DNA of 36,726 nucleotides from Octopus bimaculoides. Lineage: Eukaryota. Shown here in pieces: positions 1 through 12,049 of the stretch. Every line of letters begins with the position of its first letter. Position 1 is the first letter of the stretch. The position numbers and the translations under genes are program-made. The stretch is from assembly GCF_001194135.2 (NCBI RefSeq), contig NC_068998.1, forward strand, positions 31,150,429 to 31,187,154. The letters are read 5' to 3'. Below the pieces are notes generated by a model. It was not told the DNA's origin, did no database searches, and was given only the letters and a program-made list of their open reading frames with translations.

Positions 1-100
1 TACCAAAAAGTGGAAAATGTGGATTTCTATAAACTTTTAAAAAGGCTTCACACAGACACACAACTTCAGCTTTATATATTAAGATATATAAAATATAATA

Positions 101-1130
101 TTGGGTTGTCCGGAAAGTTCGTGCCGATTTTTAAAGGAAAGAAAAAGGTCAATAAATACTTGCCATTACATTTTTAATCAACCAAATATGAACCATTTTG
201 TTGCACAATGCGTCTCCATCTTTCCTTTAACTTGAAAATACCCTCTTCCCAGAATTGAGGTGGTTTCATGGCAAAGAATTCATCAAGGTATCTTTTTATG
301 TCATCCAAGGAATTGCAATTTTTACCATTAAGACTATTCTGCAGGGGCCTGAATAAGTGGAAATCCGAAGGAGCAATATCTAGTGAATATGGAGGGCGGG
401 GTAACACATCCCAGCCGAGCTGCCGCAATTTTTGTCTGGTTCCCAAAGAAATGTGTGGTCTGGCATTATCATGTTGGAAAACAACACCCTTTCTGTTGAC
501 CAATTCTGGATGTTTCTCTTAAATTGCTGCTTTTAACTCGTCAAGTTGCGCGCAGTATTTCTCAGAATTAATTGTCTGGTTACTTGGGAGAAGCTCATAG
601 TACAGAATTCCTTTCCAATCCCTCCAGACACAAAGCAAAACTTTTTTAGGGTGAAGACCCACTTCTGGGGTGGCTAAGGGTGGCTTATGTCGCTTACTCC
701 AGGATCGTTTTCTCTGAACATTTCGGTAGATCATCCATTTCTCATCACCTGTCACAATTTGCTTAAAAAAAGGCACATTTTCATTCCGTTTATAAAGCGA
801 ATCATAGATGGAAATGTGATCCAAAAGGTTCTTCTCACTCAACTCCTGTGGTACCCAAACATCGTAGTGATTTGTGTACCCAAGCTTTACTAAGTGCTCA
901 TGAACGACGGATTTTGATAGGTTGAGGCTTTCTGCCAATTCTCAGGTGGTGCAATGTGGGTTATTCTCAGTTAATGACTTGATTTGGTCATCATCTGCAG
1001 TGGATGGTCTGCCTGATCGCTCTTTATTAATAAGGCTACAATCTTCCAAAATTCACCGAGTTCAAATATCACGCCAAGTAATATCGAATACAATAACTCA
1101 ACTGTTTACAAAGTGAAATCATGTGTTTTC
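101..1130 (-). mobile_element. Mariner (DD34D) transposon relic, 5' end lost
   Basis: TA followed by terminal repeat TTGGGTTGTCCGGAAAGTTCGTGCCGATTTT at 101. The - strand ORFs 519-938 and 174-503 carry mariner motifs WVPQEL, VTGDEKW, HPKKVLLCVW, FQHDNARPH and YSLDIAPSDFHLF, and are split by a stop/frameshift. Confidence 0.92.
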
Positions 1131-1189
1131 ATGAATGTACGAATGACACTTGGGCTCAAATATACATTTAAATAACAATAGGTACTCTT

Positions 1190-1315
1190 GGCTGGCTATG
1201 GCCAGCTTAGTAACAAAAGGGTTAACATGGTTTCTACAGCTGGATGCCCTTCCTAATGCCAACCACTTTACCAAGTGTACTTGGTGCTTTTTATGTGACA
1301 CCGGTGAGACAAAAC
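1190..1315 (-). mobile_element. Fragment of RTE-type 3' tail / SINE-like tail
   Basis: Contains TTTCTACAGCTGGATGCCCTTCCTAATGCCAACCAC, the reverse complement of the tail motif found in many copies in this window. Confidence 0.7.
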
Positions 1316-1319
1316 CCTC

Positions 1320-1965
1320 AACAGAGGGAGTTGTAGGGCATGTCTTTTATAACTGTGACCCCTTGCACACTTAATTCTGTCCTCTATCAAACTTCCTCAC
1401 ATCTCAACTACCCACTGCAGGCCCCTTCCACTCTGCCTCATGTGCTTGTCTATGCACTCCATGTTGCATATTTACCATACCTCACTCCCAGTCACTCCAA
1501 TTCTTCTCACCATCACTTGCTATCTTATTCCCTCCTCACACTCTCATCTTCTCTTTACTACTTATACTACCCCACTACTGTTCCCTGTAGGTAGGCCCTC
1601 TCTCTCTAACAGTCTCCCATTTTCCTCTCCTTCCTTGTCTTATGTGGTAGCCAAGTATTTTCTTGTTAGTAAGAGGGCTACCTTTATCCCTCTATCATAC
1701 TATACTCTGATATCTTGGTACCACTCCCATTCTAAGCTGAGAGGTCTTTCTCTTGTGACTTCAGGATTGTTGATGCCACTTCAAAAACCACCCAGCACAC
1801 TCTGTAAAGTAGTTAGTGTTAGGAAGGGTATCTAGCTGTAGAAACCATGCTAAAACATAATTGGAAGTTGGTGCAGCTCTCCTGTCTTGACAGCTTCTGT
1901 CAAACTGTCCAACCCATAATACCATAGAAAATGGACATTAAATGATGATGTTGTTGATGGTGATA
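1320..1965 (+). mobile_element. RTE-type LINE 3' UTR remnant (pyrimidine-rich segment plus conserved tail ending in GAT repeats)
   Basis: A CT-rich tract is followed by GTTAGGAAGGGTATCTAGCTGTAGAAACC...GGACATTAAATGATGATG. The same layout occurs at 9100-10160 and 34780-35660. Confidence 0.65.
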
Positions 1966-2339
1966 ATTTTATGGAAAGAGGAGGGAGTTGGCAAGAGGAA
2001 GGGCATCCAGTCATAGAAAACCTATCACACAAGAAAGGCAGCATATATATATAGCTAATAATGAGGGATTATCAATCCAGGCAAAATATTACGTTGTCTG
2101 GAAAATTCTGAGTGTTTTTAAACTAAATCTTTCAATGCTTCATTGAACACACCTGAAATATAACACAGTTTAAAGTTTGCTGTTGCTTGAAGTGGCAGTG
2201 CATTTCTTCTTTGTTCCTGACTGAAAATAGATTTATCTTTCATTCCGGTTACTCTTTATTGACATTTGAAATGGATAACCAAAAATTTCATATTCACCTT
2301 TTAATGTTTTTTCTTTTTAAACAAAGAAAAAATGCTGCA

Positions 2340-4250
2340 AATTTTTGAAGGTGGCCGTGAGAATCAAAGACTTGAGGTATTTTGTGTTGCAAGACAGTGT
2401 GTGCGAGAGAATCATGATGTCGTAGGAGAAAAATGTGTCTGCTTAGATAATGGTTCACTTGCACCAAACGAGGCTGCAAAGAGAAAGGTTTGGAGACGCC
2501 ACTATGACAGATTGCTCAATAAAGAGAATGAATGGGAGAAAGAGAGTCTGCCGAATGTCGACCCAACAGAGGGACTAGCTATCCAAGTTGACAGTACCAT
2601 GGTAGATAAAGCAATTAAGAGTATGAAGACAGTGAAAGCATTTGGCCCATCAGGAATCACTGCAGAGATGCTCAAAATTTCTGGCAATGTCGGCTATAGC
2701 CTAGTCACCCATACAGTTAAGCAGGTGATACGCGAAAGAGTTATACCCAATGAATGGTGTAGCAGCACCATAGTCAACTGCTACAAAAGTAAGGGTGACG
2801 CTTTAGATACAAATAATTACAGGGGTATCAAGTTGTTGGATCAGGTAACGAAAGTCACGGAGAGGGTCATAGCCCAACTAATTAGGGAGAGAGTCAGTTT
2901 AGATGAGATACAGTTTGGGTTCGTGTCAGGTAAAAGCACCACTGATGCTATATTTCTGGTAAGACAGCTGTAAGCTATGGACACATAAGAGGTGCAGCAA
3001 GGCTAACTAGGAAGATAGTGTTTGTATGTGGCAGATGCTCAGGAGCAATAAACACTGAAAATGTGCAGAGAACAACTTCTGCCACATTCCAGGGAGAAAA
3101 ATTAGAAGTAGTTGATAGCTTTCATTACCTAGGTGACCAAGTCAGTAGTGGGGGAGAGTGCGCTGAAAGTGTAGCTGCTAGAATAAGAATAGCCTGGGCA
3201 AAGTTCAGAGAGCTCTTACCTCTGCTGGTGACAAAGGGCCTCTCCCTCAGAGTAAAAGGCAGACTGTATTATGCATGTGTACGAACAGCCATGCTACATG
3301 GCAGTGAAACATGTGCCGTGACTGCTGAAGACATGTGTAAGCTTGCAAGGAATGGAAGCCAGTATGCTCCGATGGATGTGTAATGTCAGTGTGCATACTC
3401 AACAGAGTGTAAGTACCTTGAGAGAAAAGTTGGACCTAAGAAGCATCAGTTGTGGTGTGCAAGCAAGACGATTGTGCTGGTATGGTCATGTGGCGAGAAT
3501 GGATGAGGATAACTGTGTGAAAAAGTGCCACACCCTGGTAGTTGAGGGAACCTGTGGAAGAGGTAGACCCAGGAAGACCTGGGACGAGGTGGTGAAGCAC
3601 GACCTTCGAACATAAGACCTCACTGAGGCAATGACTAGTGACCGAGACCTTTGGAAATATGCTGTGCGTGAGAAGACCCGGCAAGCCAAGTGAGACCATA
3701 ATCCGTGACCTTTGTCAGGGGTGTAGCCAGCCCATTTATGCATATCTTTCTTTCATTGGACACTAAACTCTGCTTGCAAAGACCTGTTGGGGCAAGTGAA
3801 ATCGAAATCGTAAACGAACCAAATTCAATGACTGGCACCGTCCGAGCGTGATCATTGCCAGAGCAGCTGTCTGGCTTCTGTGCTGGTGGCATGTAAATAG
3901 CACCATTTGAGTGTGATCGTTACTAGTGTCGCCCTATTGGCACATGAAAAAAACATTCAAGCGAGGTCATTGCCAGTGCCGCTTGACTGGCTCCTGTGCA
4001 GGTGGCACGTAAAAAACTTCCATTTTGAGCGTGGCCGTTGCCAGTACCGCCTGACTGGCCCTTATGCCAGTGGCACGTAAAAGCACCCACTACACTCTTG
4101 GAGTGGTTGGCGTTAGGAAGGGCATCCAGCTTTAGAAACTCTGCCAGATCAGATTGGAGCCTAGTGCAGCCATCTCGTTCGCCAGTCCTCAGTTAAATTG
4201 TCCAACCCATGCCAGCATAGAAAGCGGACATTAAACAATAATGATGATGA
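2340..4250 (+). mobile_element. RTE-clade LINE, 5'-truncated, with an internal RT deletion and complete 3' tail
   Basis: ORF 2332-2973 has RT motifs KAFGPSG, NYRGIKLLD and QFGFVSGKSTTDAIF. It is followed by FHYLGDQV, RLYYACVRTAMLHGSET and GRGRPRKTW. The tail ends CATAGAAAGCGGACATTAAACAATAATGATGATGATG. Confidence 0.92.
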
Positions 4251-6035
4251 TGTTTGCAAAATTCAAAGTTGGAGAGTTTAGCGTGGAAGATGACAGTTGC
4301 AGTGGTAGACCTTCAAAATTGGATGAAGATGTTTTGAAGGCAAAAGAAAACTCAAATATCATGACTAGAGAACTTGCAGAGGAGTGGGAAGTTTCTAAAA
4401 GTACGGCTGGTGAATCTAGGATACATTTCTCACTATAATGTATGGGTCTTTTATGTGTTGTTATCACAGGTCGTTGAAGTGTGAGATATACTATATCTTT
4501 ATTTACAATGTTTTCATTCGTAAGTTATAACAAATATTATTATTTCTTAATTAAAAGCTATAATGATAATCTCGTTACTTATAACTTAATTATAAGTATT
4601 TATCACTAAGCATAACTATTAGTTTAGGCTGCGTAAATGTTATGATGTATACATACCAAGACGCTGAACGTGCGTTCATACGTACATGTATGTTGAAGAT
4701 ATAGATTATATTTTTTTGACTGTTACACATAAAAAAATACAGTTTCATTAATATACAGAAATAAATTCAACAAGTTGAAAGAAACAAGAAGTAAAAGGAA
4801 TTAAGTTTCTACATTAATTTATTATATACATTTTTTTAAACATTTATAGAACATTTAGAAACAAGTCATTTCGGCGTAGAGAATTACAACTTAAATTTTA
4901 TATTAACTAATTTCTCATTCTAGCTATAAGGTTTCACGACAATTCAATATTGTCGGATTTGAGTATTGAACATGGCATATATATTAGCCGATACTCAAAA
5001 GGGTGAGTGTTGTGGATTCGAGTGGCCGTCCAACGATCACTGGAGTGAGTGTTGTGGATTTTAGTAGCAACCCAACGATCACTGGAGTGTTTGCCGAAAA
5101 TCAGGGTTTTTATAACTACTCATACATGAATCAAAGAACCATAACCCCATGAAAGATTTCTTCAACGAAGTTCATAATTTGTATATGGGCAGTAATTTTT
5201 AACCAATGAGAAATCAATAATTTCTCATGTTCGGGCAAACGAACTTACGTTCTCTCTCCGCTTCTTATGAGTTTGCTACAGGTTTCTCACAAACTCTCAG
5301 AAAAGAATTGCTTGGACTGGTATTCTGTTTGCAATATGCTTTTGAAATGGAATGAAAGCATGCCTTTTTTGAAACAACTTGTGACTGAAGATTAAAAATG
5401 AATTGTGTATGAAAACATAGTATGAAGAAGATTCTGGAATTTGCATAAGGATCCCCCAAAACAGTAACCAAAGATGAATATTCATGCCAAAAAAAGCTAT
5501 GCTTTGTGTTTGGTGGGATCATAAAGGCCTTATTTATAATGAGCTTCTCCCACAAAACCAGACATTAATTCTGATGTGTACTGCCATCAGCTGGCTAATT
5601 TGAACCAAAAAGATTAAAGAACTAAGGCCGGAGATTGCCAACAAGGTAACGGGTAGTGTTCCAACAAGATAATGCCTAAACACATGTGTTTGGCTACCTG
5701 AACAAAGTTACATGAACTTCATTGGGGTCTCTTACCCCCATTCACCATATTCTCCTGATATTGTGCCATCCGACTACTGCTTGCTTTTGTCTCTACAGAA
5801 CTCATTGCAAGGAAAACATTTGATGGTTTAGATGGAGTCAAAATGCATCTAGATAACTTTTTTTCTTCAAAACCAGTAAAATTTTATGCTGATGGAATAT
5901 TTAAATAGCCTGATAGGTGGGCAAAGATCATTAATAACAATAGAAATTATTTCATTGAATAAAATTTATTGAAAGGTTAATTATTTATATCCTTTTTGCA
6001 TGCTAAAAATGCTCAGAACTTTCTGGACAACCCAA
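4250..6035 (+). mobile_element. Second mariner relic in two pieces (about 4250-4448 and 5280-6035) interrupted by an unclassified insertion
   Basis: The 5' piece encodes FAKFKVGEFSVEDDSCSGRPS...TRELAEE and GYISHYNVWV. The 3' piece resumes VSHKLSEKNCLDW...LKQLVTED, KKAMLCVWWD, VFQQDNA. The right TIR GAACTTTCTGGACAACCCAA plus TA (to 6037) matches the TIR at 101. Confidence 0.85.
5003..5086. repeat. 42-bp tandem repeat, 2 copies
   Basis: GTGAGTGTTGTGGATT...CCAACGATCACTGGA starts at 5003 and at 5045. Confidence 0.9.
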
Positions 6036-6439
6036 TACTTCATAAGCTCTCTGTTGACACATCAGGCTAACAATATTTACATTAGTGAAGAACTCCAAGT
6101 ATTTGTTATGGCTGGGTCCAAGGCTATGGTTCATCACATTGCTTTATTCTAAACCCATGTTTGGGCTCCAGACAAACTAGTTTTTACACAGAGTGTAAAA
6201 AACAAGTTATAAATAATGGGCATTACATACTTTTCCTTTATTAGAGCAAATTTGGCTTGCAGCTGTTTCCAGTAGTCATTATAGGTGTGTTTACTCAATT
6301 GGTCTACTGATCAGTTGAGGAAAATTGAACAACCTAAAAAAACCAATGCAACTTTTGTCAGAGCCATTTCTGGTTATAACGAAGCAGAAAACAAACACAC
6401 GCACACGCACACACACATTCAATTACATCAAATATATAT

Positions 6440-7030
6440 CATCATCATCATCATCATTGTTTAACGTCCGCTTTCCATGCTAGCATGGGTTGGACGATTT
6501 GACTGAGGACTGGTGAAACCGGATGGCAACACCAGGCTCCAATCTAAATTTGGCAGAGTTTCTACAGCTGGATGCCCTTCCTAACGCCAACCACTCAGAG
6601 AGTGTAGTAGGTGCTTTTACGTGTCACCTGCACGAAGGCCAGTCAGGCGATACTGGCAACGGCCACGCTCGAAATGGTGTCTTTTATGTGCCACCCGCAC
6701 AAGCCAGTCCAGGGGCACTGGCAACGATNNNNNNNNNNTGTCTTTTATGTGCCACCCGCACAAGCCAGTCCAGGGGCACTGGCAACGATCTCGCTCGAAA
6801 ATCCTACGGGAGCCAGTCAGGTGGTACTGGCAACGGCCACGCTCAAAATGGTGCATCTTATGTGCCACCCGCACAAGAGCCAGTCCAGGGGCACTGGCAA
6901 CGATCTTACTTGGCTTGCCGGGTCTTCTCACGCACAGCACATTTCCAAAGGTCTCGGTCAGTAGTCATTGCCTCGGTGAGGCCCAATGTACGAAGGTCTT
7001 GCCTCACCACCTCAGCCCAGGTCTTCCTGG
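6440..7030 (-). mobile_element. RTE LINE 3' end with internal tandem modules, spanning a 10-N gap
   Basis: Starts with a (CAT)n tail and is the reverse complement of 3590-4250. It includes the end of the RT ORF (CCTCACCACCTCAGCCCAGGTCTTCCTGGG). Confidence 0.9.
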
Positions 7031-7209
7031 GCCTACGATATATAAATGTAACATTATATCATCATTATCATCAGCTTTTCATGTTGGATGGTATGACAGT
7101 AGCTAGCTAGGCAGAAGACTGCACCATGCTTCACTGTCTGTTTTAATATGTTTTTTAAGGCTGGATGCCCTTCCTGACACCAAACACTACACGTTATATA
7201 TATATATAA

Positions 7210-7408
7210 TTATCCTCCTCCTCTTAGTGTACTCCATATACAGTAATTACGATATTTGTAAAGAGTGAAGTCATTCAAATTGTCATTCTATTGTCTGTAA
7301 CTATGTAACTATATACTGAAACTATAGTAATATTATAGCAGAGTATGATGATTTCACTTGCTATAAATATTCTGATGTTCGTTAAGTTACAGCACAATTA
7401 TATAACAT

Positions 7409-7441
<33 letters not shown>

Positions 7442-7721
7442 GCATAATATATGGTGAGTTACATAAGTAACACTACATCATCCACTTATATATATAAATA
7501 TACATAAAAACATATATACAACCTTAAATATAATTGGGATGTAACTTAACAAACAAACTACACATCAGAATATTTCATGGCAATTGAAATAACCATACTC
7601 TGCTATAAAATTGCAATGGTTTCATAATATAACCACAAACAATAGACTAACTTCACTCTACAAATACCCTAATTACTGTATATGGAGTATATACAGTAAT
7701 TTACTAAGGGGAGGTGGATAA
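7210..7721. mobile_element. MITE/foldback-like element with long degenerate inverted arms
   Basis: TTATCCTCCTCCTCTTAGT...TACTCCATATACAGTAATTA...TTATAGCAGAGTATG...ATATTCTGATG...GTTAAGTTACA on the left has reverse-complement counterparts at about 7530-7721. The centre contains (TA)n. Confidence 0.7.
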
Positions 7722-8629
7722 GCAGATAAATAAAAATTCAGAAAATACATACAATAAAATCAGAAAAATACAGAAGAATCAAAAAATAAGAATAAAATAA
7801 TAAAAAAATAAGTTTATCATAAAAATTTGCTTTCCACAAATTTAGCTAACTATCTCCCACAGTATGTAAATGAATAAACCATGTGTTAAAAATAGCAAAA
7901 AAGGCTCATAGATAGAACAAAATGTTTGGAGGAAATAAAGAGGTATGTGATAAAGATAGCAGGCTTGGCTTAAGAACAATGATATTTCTTTTAGAGGCCT
8001 AAACTATTGGAATGTCACACATAACTGATTATGAAGAACAGATATATCATTCTGAAAACCATTTATAAATGCAGTAACATATAAACTCATACAATTCCTG
8101 TGAAATTTTTTCAGATACATTCATGCATGTTTGCATGCGCGCATGCACACACACACTCACACACACATGTTTCATATTGCATGTCCTTAGTTTGATATTG
8201 CATAATAGTTATTAAAAAAATGAGTGTCACTAGTCATCTCCGTGTAAGCGCTTTTTGTTTCCGAATCTTTCATGTGTATGTGTGCATGTGTACATAAATA
8301 TGTGTTTGTGTGTGTATGTGTATCTCTATATAACATGTTAGCAAAGATGGATGCTGTTCCAACATTGCGTTAATATTTAAACTTTTATTGTTATTAATAC
8401 ACTCAAAGCCACATAATATAAAAAAACATATAAGAAATCGTACTATTCTAAGCTACATATTATATACTGATTCATCTACATACTAACATAAAAACATTGA
8501 AGAACTTGTACTATTTTAAGCTACATATTACCATACAAAACATATAAGAAATGGGGTAGGGGTGGAGATGCTAAATGTGAGTGACATTAAATAGGTTACA
8601 TTAGAATAAAATAAGATAAAGATTGAAAA

Positions 8630-10160
8630 AACTTGGCTTCTGTTTTTGCTTTCAAAAAGGACCCTCTTTCAGAGTGAAAGGTAGATTGCATGATGCTTGT
8701 GTACAAATGGCTATACTCCATGGTAGTGAAACATAGGATCTGAATGCAGAGGACATGTGTAGATTGGAGAGGAATGAAGATAGTATGCTCCGTTGGATTA
8801 GCAACATCAGTGTGCATGATCAACAAAGCGCAACTGTTGAGAGAAAAGTTAGGCATAAGAGGAATCAAATGTGGCACGAGGGAGAGGAGAATGCATTGGT
8901 AACGACGTGATGCCTATGAGTAAAGACAGCTGTATACAGAAGTGTCTGTCACTAATAGTGGATGGTACCTGTGGAAGAGGGAGACCTAGGAAGACATGGG
9001 ATGAAGTGGTTAGGATTTCAGAGCTCATAGAGGAAATGACAATGGACCGGCATGTCTGGCGATATGAGGTTCTGGAGAAGACCCACTTGCGTCAGTGAAA
9101 CTGAGTGCTAGAAGTGTTGTGTCCCACCCACATGTAACAATAAAGTTTTCACACACCCTACTCCAAGAAACCGAACTACATCGACCCTTCTAAACTGCAT
9201 CTTTCTCTTCTTCACATTTCCTCTGCATACACTATGATTGTCTCTCACTCCCCTTCACTGCCCTCTTCACTGTATTCTTCTTTTCCCCACCCCATCTTTA
9301 TACCCAGGTTTTCACCAGTCACTACAATTCCCACTCCCTACTCATGCTTTCTTAGCAGTCCCTGGCCATGTATATTATGACTTCTGTACCTTGAAGGCAT
9401 GTCCTGGCAATTGCCAACATTTATCTTTCTCTTCCTTACTCTACCGTCCCTTCTATGATCTGATCCTTGTTACATGTGAATATACCCTGGCACTTTGTCA
9501 CCACCTCTTACCTGTGTTCTCTTGCTGTTTTGCTGTTTCCCACTCTCTATCTCTTGCCCTTCCCTCTGGCTATGTAGCTATATATGTCCTTTACAGTAGC
9601 ACACCTGTTTCTGCCCTCATTCTTCATCACACTCTCTCTCTTTTTCTTGCGTTTCCCTCTGGTTAGGTAACCAAGTATCTCTTTTACATCAGCAAACCTG
9701 TTTCTATCCTCTTTCTTGTACCTCTCTTTTTTCCTCTCTCTCTTTCTCTTCTCTGTCACTCTCTTTCTCTTCTCTGTCTCACTCTTTCTCTTCTCTGTCT
9801 CTCTCTTTCTCTTCTCTGTCTCTCTCTCTCTATAGCACGACATCTGTTTTTGTCTCTCCGTCACACCCTACCCCAACCTTTCATCATCTGACACAAGTTC
9901 CCCTGCTCAAATGCCACTGCCCCTCTTCAAAATTCCTTGTCTTGCAAGTTACTTGGTGACCCTGCCAGTGCTGGTGCCACGTAAAAAGCATCAATTCCAC
10001 ACTGTAAAATAGTTGGCATTTGGAAGGGCATCCAGCTGTAAAAATCCTGTCAAAGCAGACTTAGTAACCTGAGATAGTCTTCTACGTGGCCAGCTCCTGT
10101 CAACTGTCATATCCATGCATGCATAGAAGATGGACATTAAACAATGATGTTGATGATGTA
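8630..10160 (+). mobile_element. RTE LINE 3' part (RT C-terminus plus long pyrimidine-rich 3' UTR plus tail)
   Basis: Degenerate LSLRVKGR..., GTCGRGRPRKTWDEVV. The tail is GGAAGGGCATCCAGCTGTAAAA...GGACATTAAACAATGATGTTGATGATG. Confidence 0.85.
9715..9832. repeat. CT-rich low-complexity / imperfect ~20-bp tandem repeat
   Basis: Repeated CTCTTTCTCTTCTCTGT(C/CA) units. Confidence 0.85.
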
Positions 10161-10939
10161 TATATATGTCATTTAATATGCGCAATATTTAAATTTTAGC
10201 TGGTGTGAAAACATTAAACTAATAATAGGTATCCCTATAGAACGCTGTACAATGGAGACAAGCACAATTTTAACATGCAAAGACACGCTTTTTGCTTCAT
10301 CATTTTCATTCCAAAATAAATATTTTCTAAGGAAAATTATATATCATTTGTAAGTTCTGGATGTGAATTTTCTTTCCATGTAGTTTTAATTAAAATCAGT
10401 TACATATGTCAAGATCCCTCAAACACCCAGCTATTTCCATGCATTTACAAAGTTTGTATGTTTTTTTTTTGTTTTTGTTTTTGATTGCTTAACCATAGCC
10501 CTCATTCTAGTTCAATATGCTCGAGTGCTATAACTCGAGTTGTTAAAAATCACACTGTCATGAAGAGGAATGTTTTCACTTTATTTTGATATGAAAAACC
10601 GATGGGATAGGTCAGATAATCATTAGAAAATATAAAAGTTAAATTTCATTGCTCATTTTCACTTAGAAAAGGACATATTTTCTTCAAGATTTTTATATCA
10701 TAAAAAGAAAAACTTCTCTCAAATTCAATGTGATCATTTATAATTCTGGTCATGATATAGTGAAAATATGCAATGTGAGTAAAGTGGGTGGTATACTGAC
10801 TCTACTTGCCAAATTGATGTATTTGTGTGCAACAAGTTGTTGAGCAGGACACAAATCCAAGGCTTCAAATGTCATGTTTGAGCCAGAATTTCAAGAAATG
10901 GATGAGCTAATTACTAAGTAAACATATTTCTACAAAAAA

Positions 10940-11385
10940 NNNNNNNNNNNNNNNNNNNNNNNNNNNNNNNNNNNNNNNNNNNNNNNNNNNNNNNNNNNNN
11001 NNNNNNNNNNNNNNNNNNNNNNNNNNNNNNNNNNNNNNNNNNNNNNNNNNNNNNNNNNNNNNNNNNNNNNNNNNNNNNNNNNNNNNNNNNNNNNNNNNNN
11101 NNNNNNNNNNNNNNNNNNNNNNNNNNNNNNNNNNNNNNNNNNNNNNNNNNNNNNNNNNNNNNNNNNNNNNNNNNNNNNNNNNNNNNNNNNNNNNNNNNNN
11201 NNNNNNNNNNNNNNNNNNNNNNNNNNNNNNNNNNNNNNNNNNNNNNNNNNNNNNNNNNNNNNNNNNNNNNNNNNNNNNNNNNNNNNNNNNNNNNNNNNNN
11301 NNNNNNNNNNNNNNNNNNNNNNNNNNNNNNNNNNNNNNNNNNNNNNNNNNNNNNNNNNNNNNNNNNNNNNNNNNNNNNNNNNNNN
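10940..11385. other. Assembly gap (N run); other gaps at 6729-6738, 18576-19201 and 25459-26317
   Basis: Read directly. Confidence 0.99.
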
Positions 11386-12049
11386 TGTATTTTTGGATTT
11401 AACTAGGTTTGAAATCACCGGAAGTTGACTGTTTGTAACATGTAATAAAATAGGCTTTACATGAATATTTAAGAAATTGCCAAAAGAAGTTTTCTTTTCA
11501 AGAAGCTGAAAAAAAGTAAGTAACTGGTATATCATGAAAGAAATGACAAGAGAACAGGAATTATGTAATCAACTTCATTTGCTTACAGCTGTTTTTGCTA
11601 TATGATGAAATGCTTGAGCATCACCTTATAGCTTCTTTAAAAGTTCTGAAATGAAGTGCATATTTAAATATATGGAAAAGATCACCACAGAAAAAAAAAA
11701 AAAAGAATAAAACTACATTAGAAATGGAGTATAGATTTTGAGGGATAGATACCATTCTCAGAAATATGTAGATATAGATAATTATATGTATATACACAGG
11801 CACATAATGAATCCATATATTAATACCTATTTGTACACATATAGAAATAAACAGAGAATGTATATGTTAATACACATTTCAACAGGTACATATCTGTCAA
11901 AAACCTATACAGATACAAAAAAAAAAAAAAAAAAAACCAATGGAGACAGTAAATGAAAGAATCCAAAGTTTAGAGAAAAATATATTGTGATAACCTTAGA
12001 GAGATAAAACTATGTTGTGAGTCATAGTTCTATCAAGTTAGTGGCTCTA

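Noticed and set aside
1-90. Possible 3' end of a Helentron/HINE-like element (ACACAGACACACAACTTCAGCTTTATATATTAAGAT)
   Set aside because: Too short and cut by the window edge. The resemblance is from memory only.
5003-5090. CRISPR-like repeat
   Set aside because: Eukaryotic context, two adjacent degenerate units, no unique spacers and no cas genes.
6523-7110. Repetitive ORFs in RTE 3' UTR copies (ARRPVRRYWQRPRSKWC...)
   Set aside because: They are antisense reading of the GC-balanced tandem module, with no protein family signal.
8405-8555. Imperfect ~60-bp duplication (GTACTATT(C/T)TAAGCTACATATTA twice)
   Set aside because: Real but short and AT-rich, with no evidence of function.
10760-10925. 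Candidate upstream COPB1 exon next to the gap
   Set aside because: No frame resembles the expected beta-COP segment (IGEY...LGEIPIV) and there is no good acceptor.
10930-11535. Long ORFs spanning N runs (also 18349-19216 and 25177-26481)
   Set aside because: They are artefacts of translating assembly gaps as X, and the flanks are repeats.
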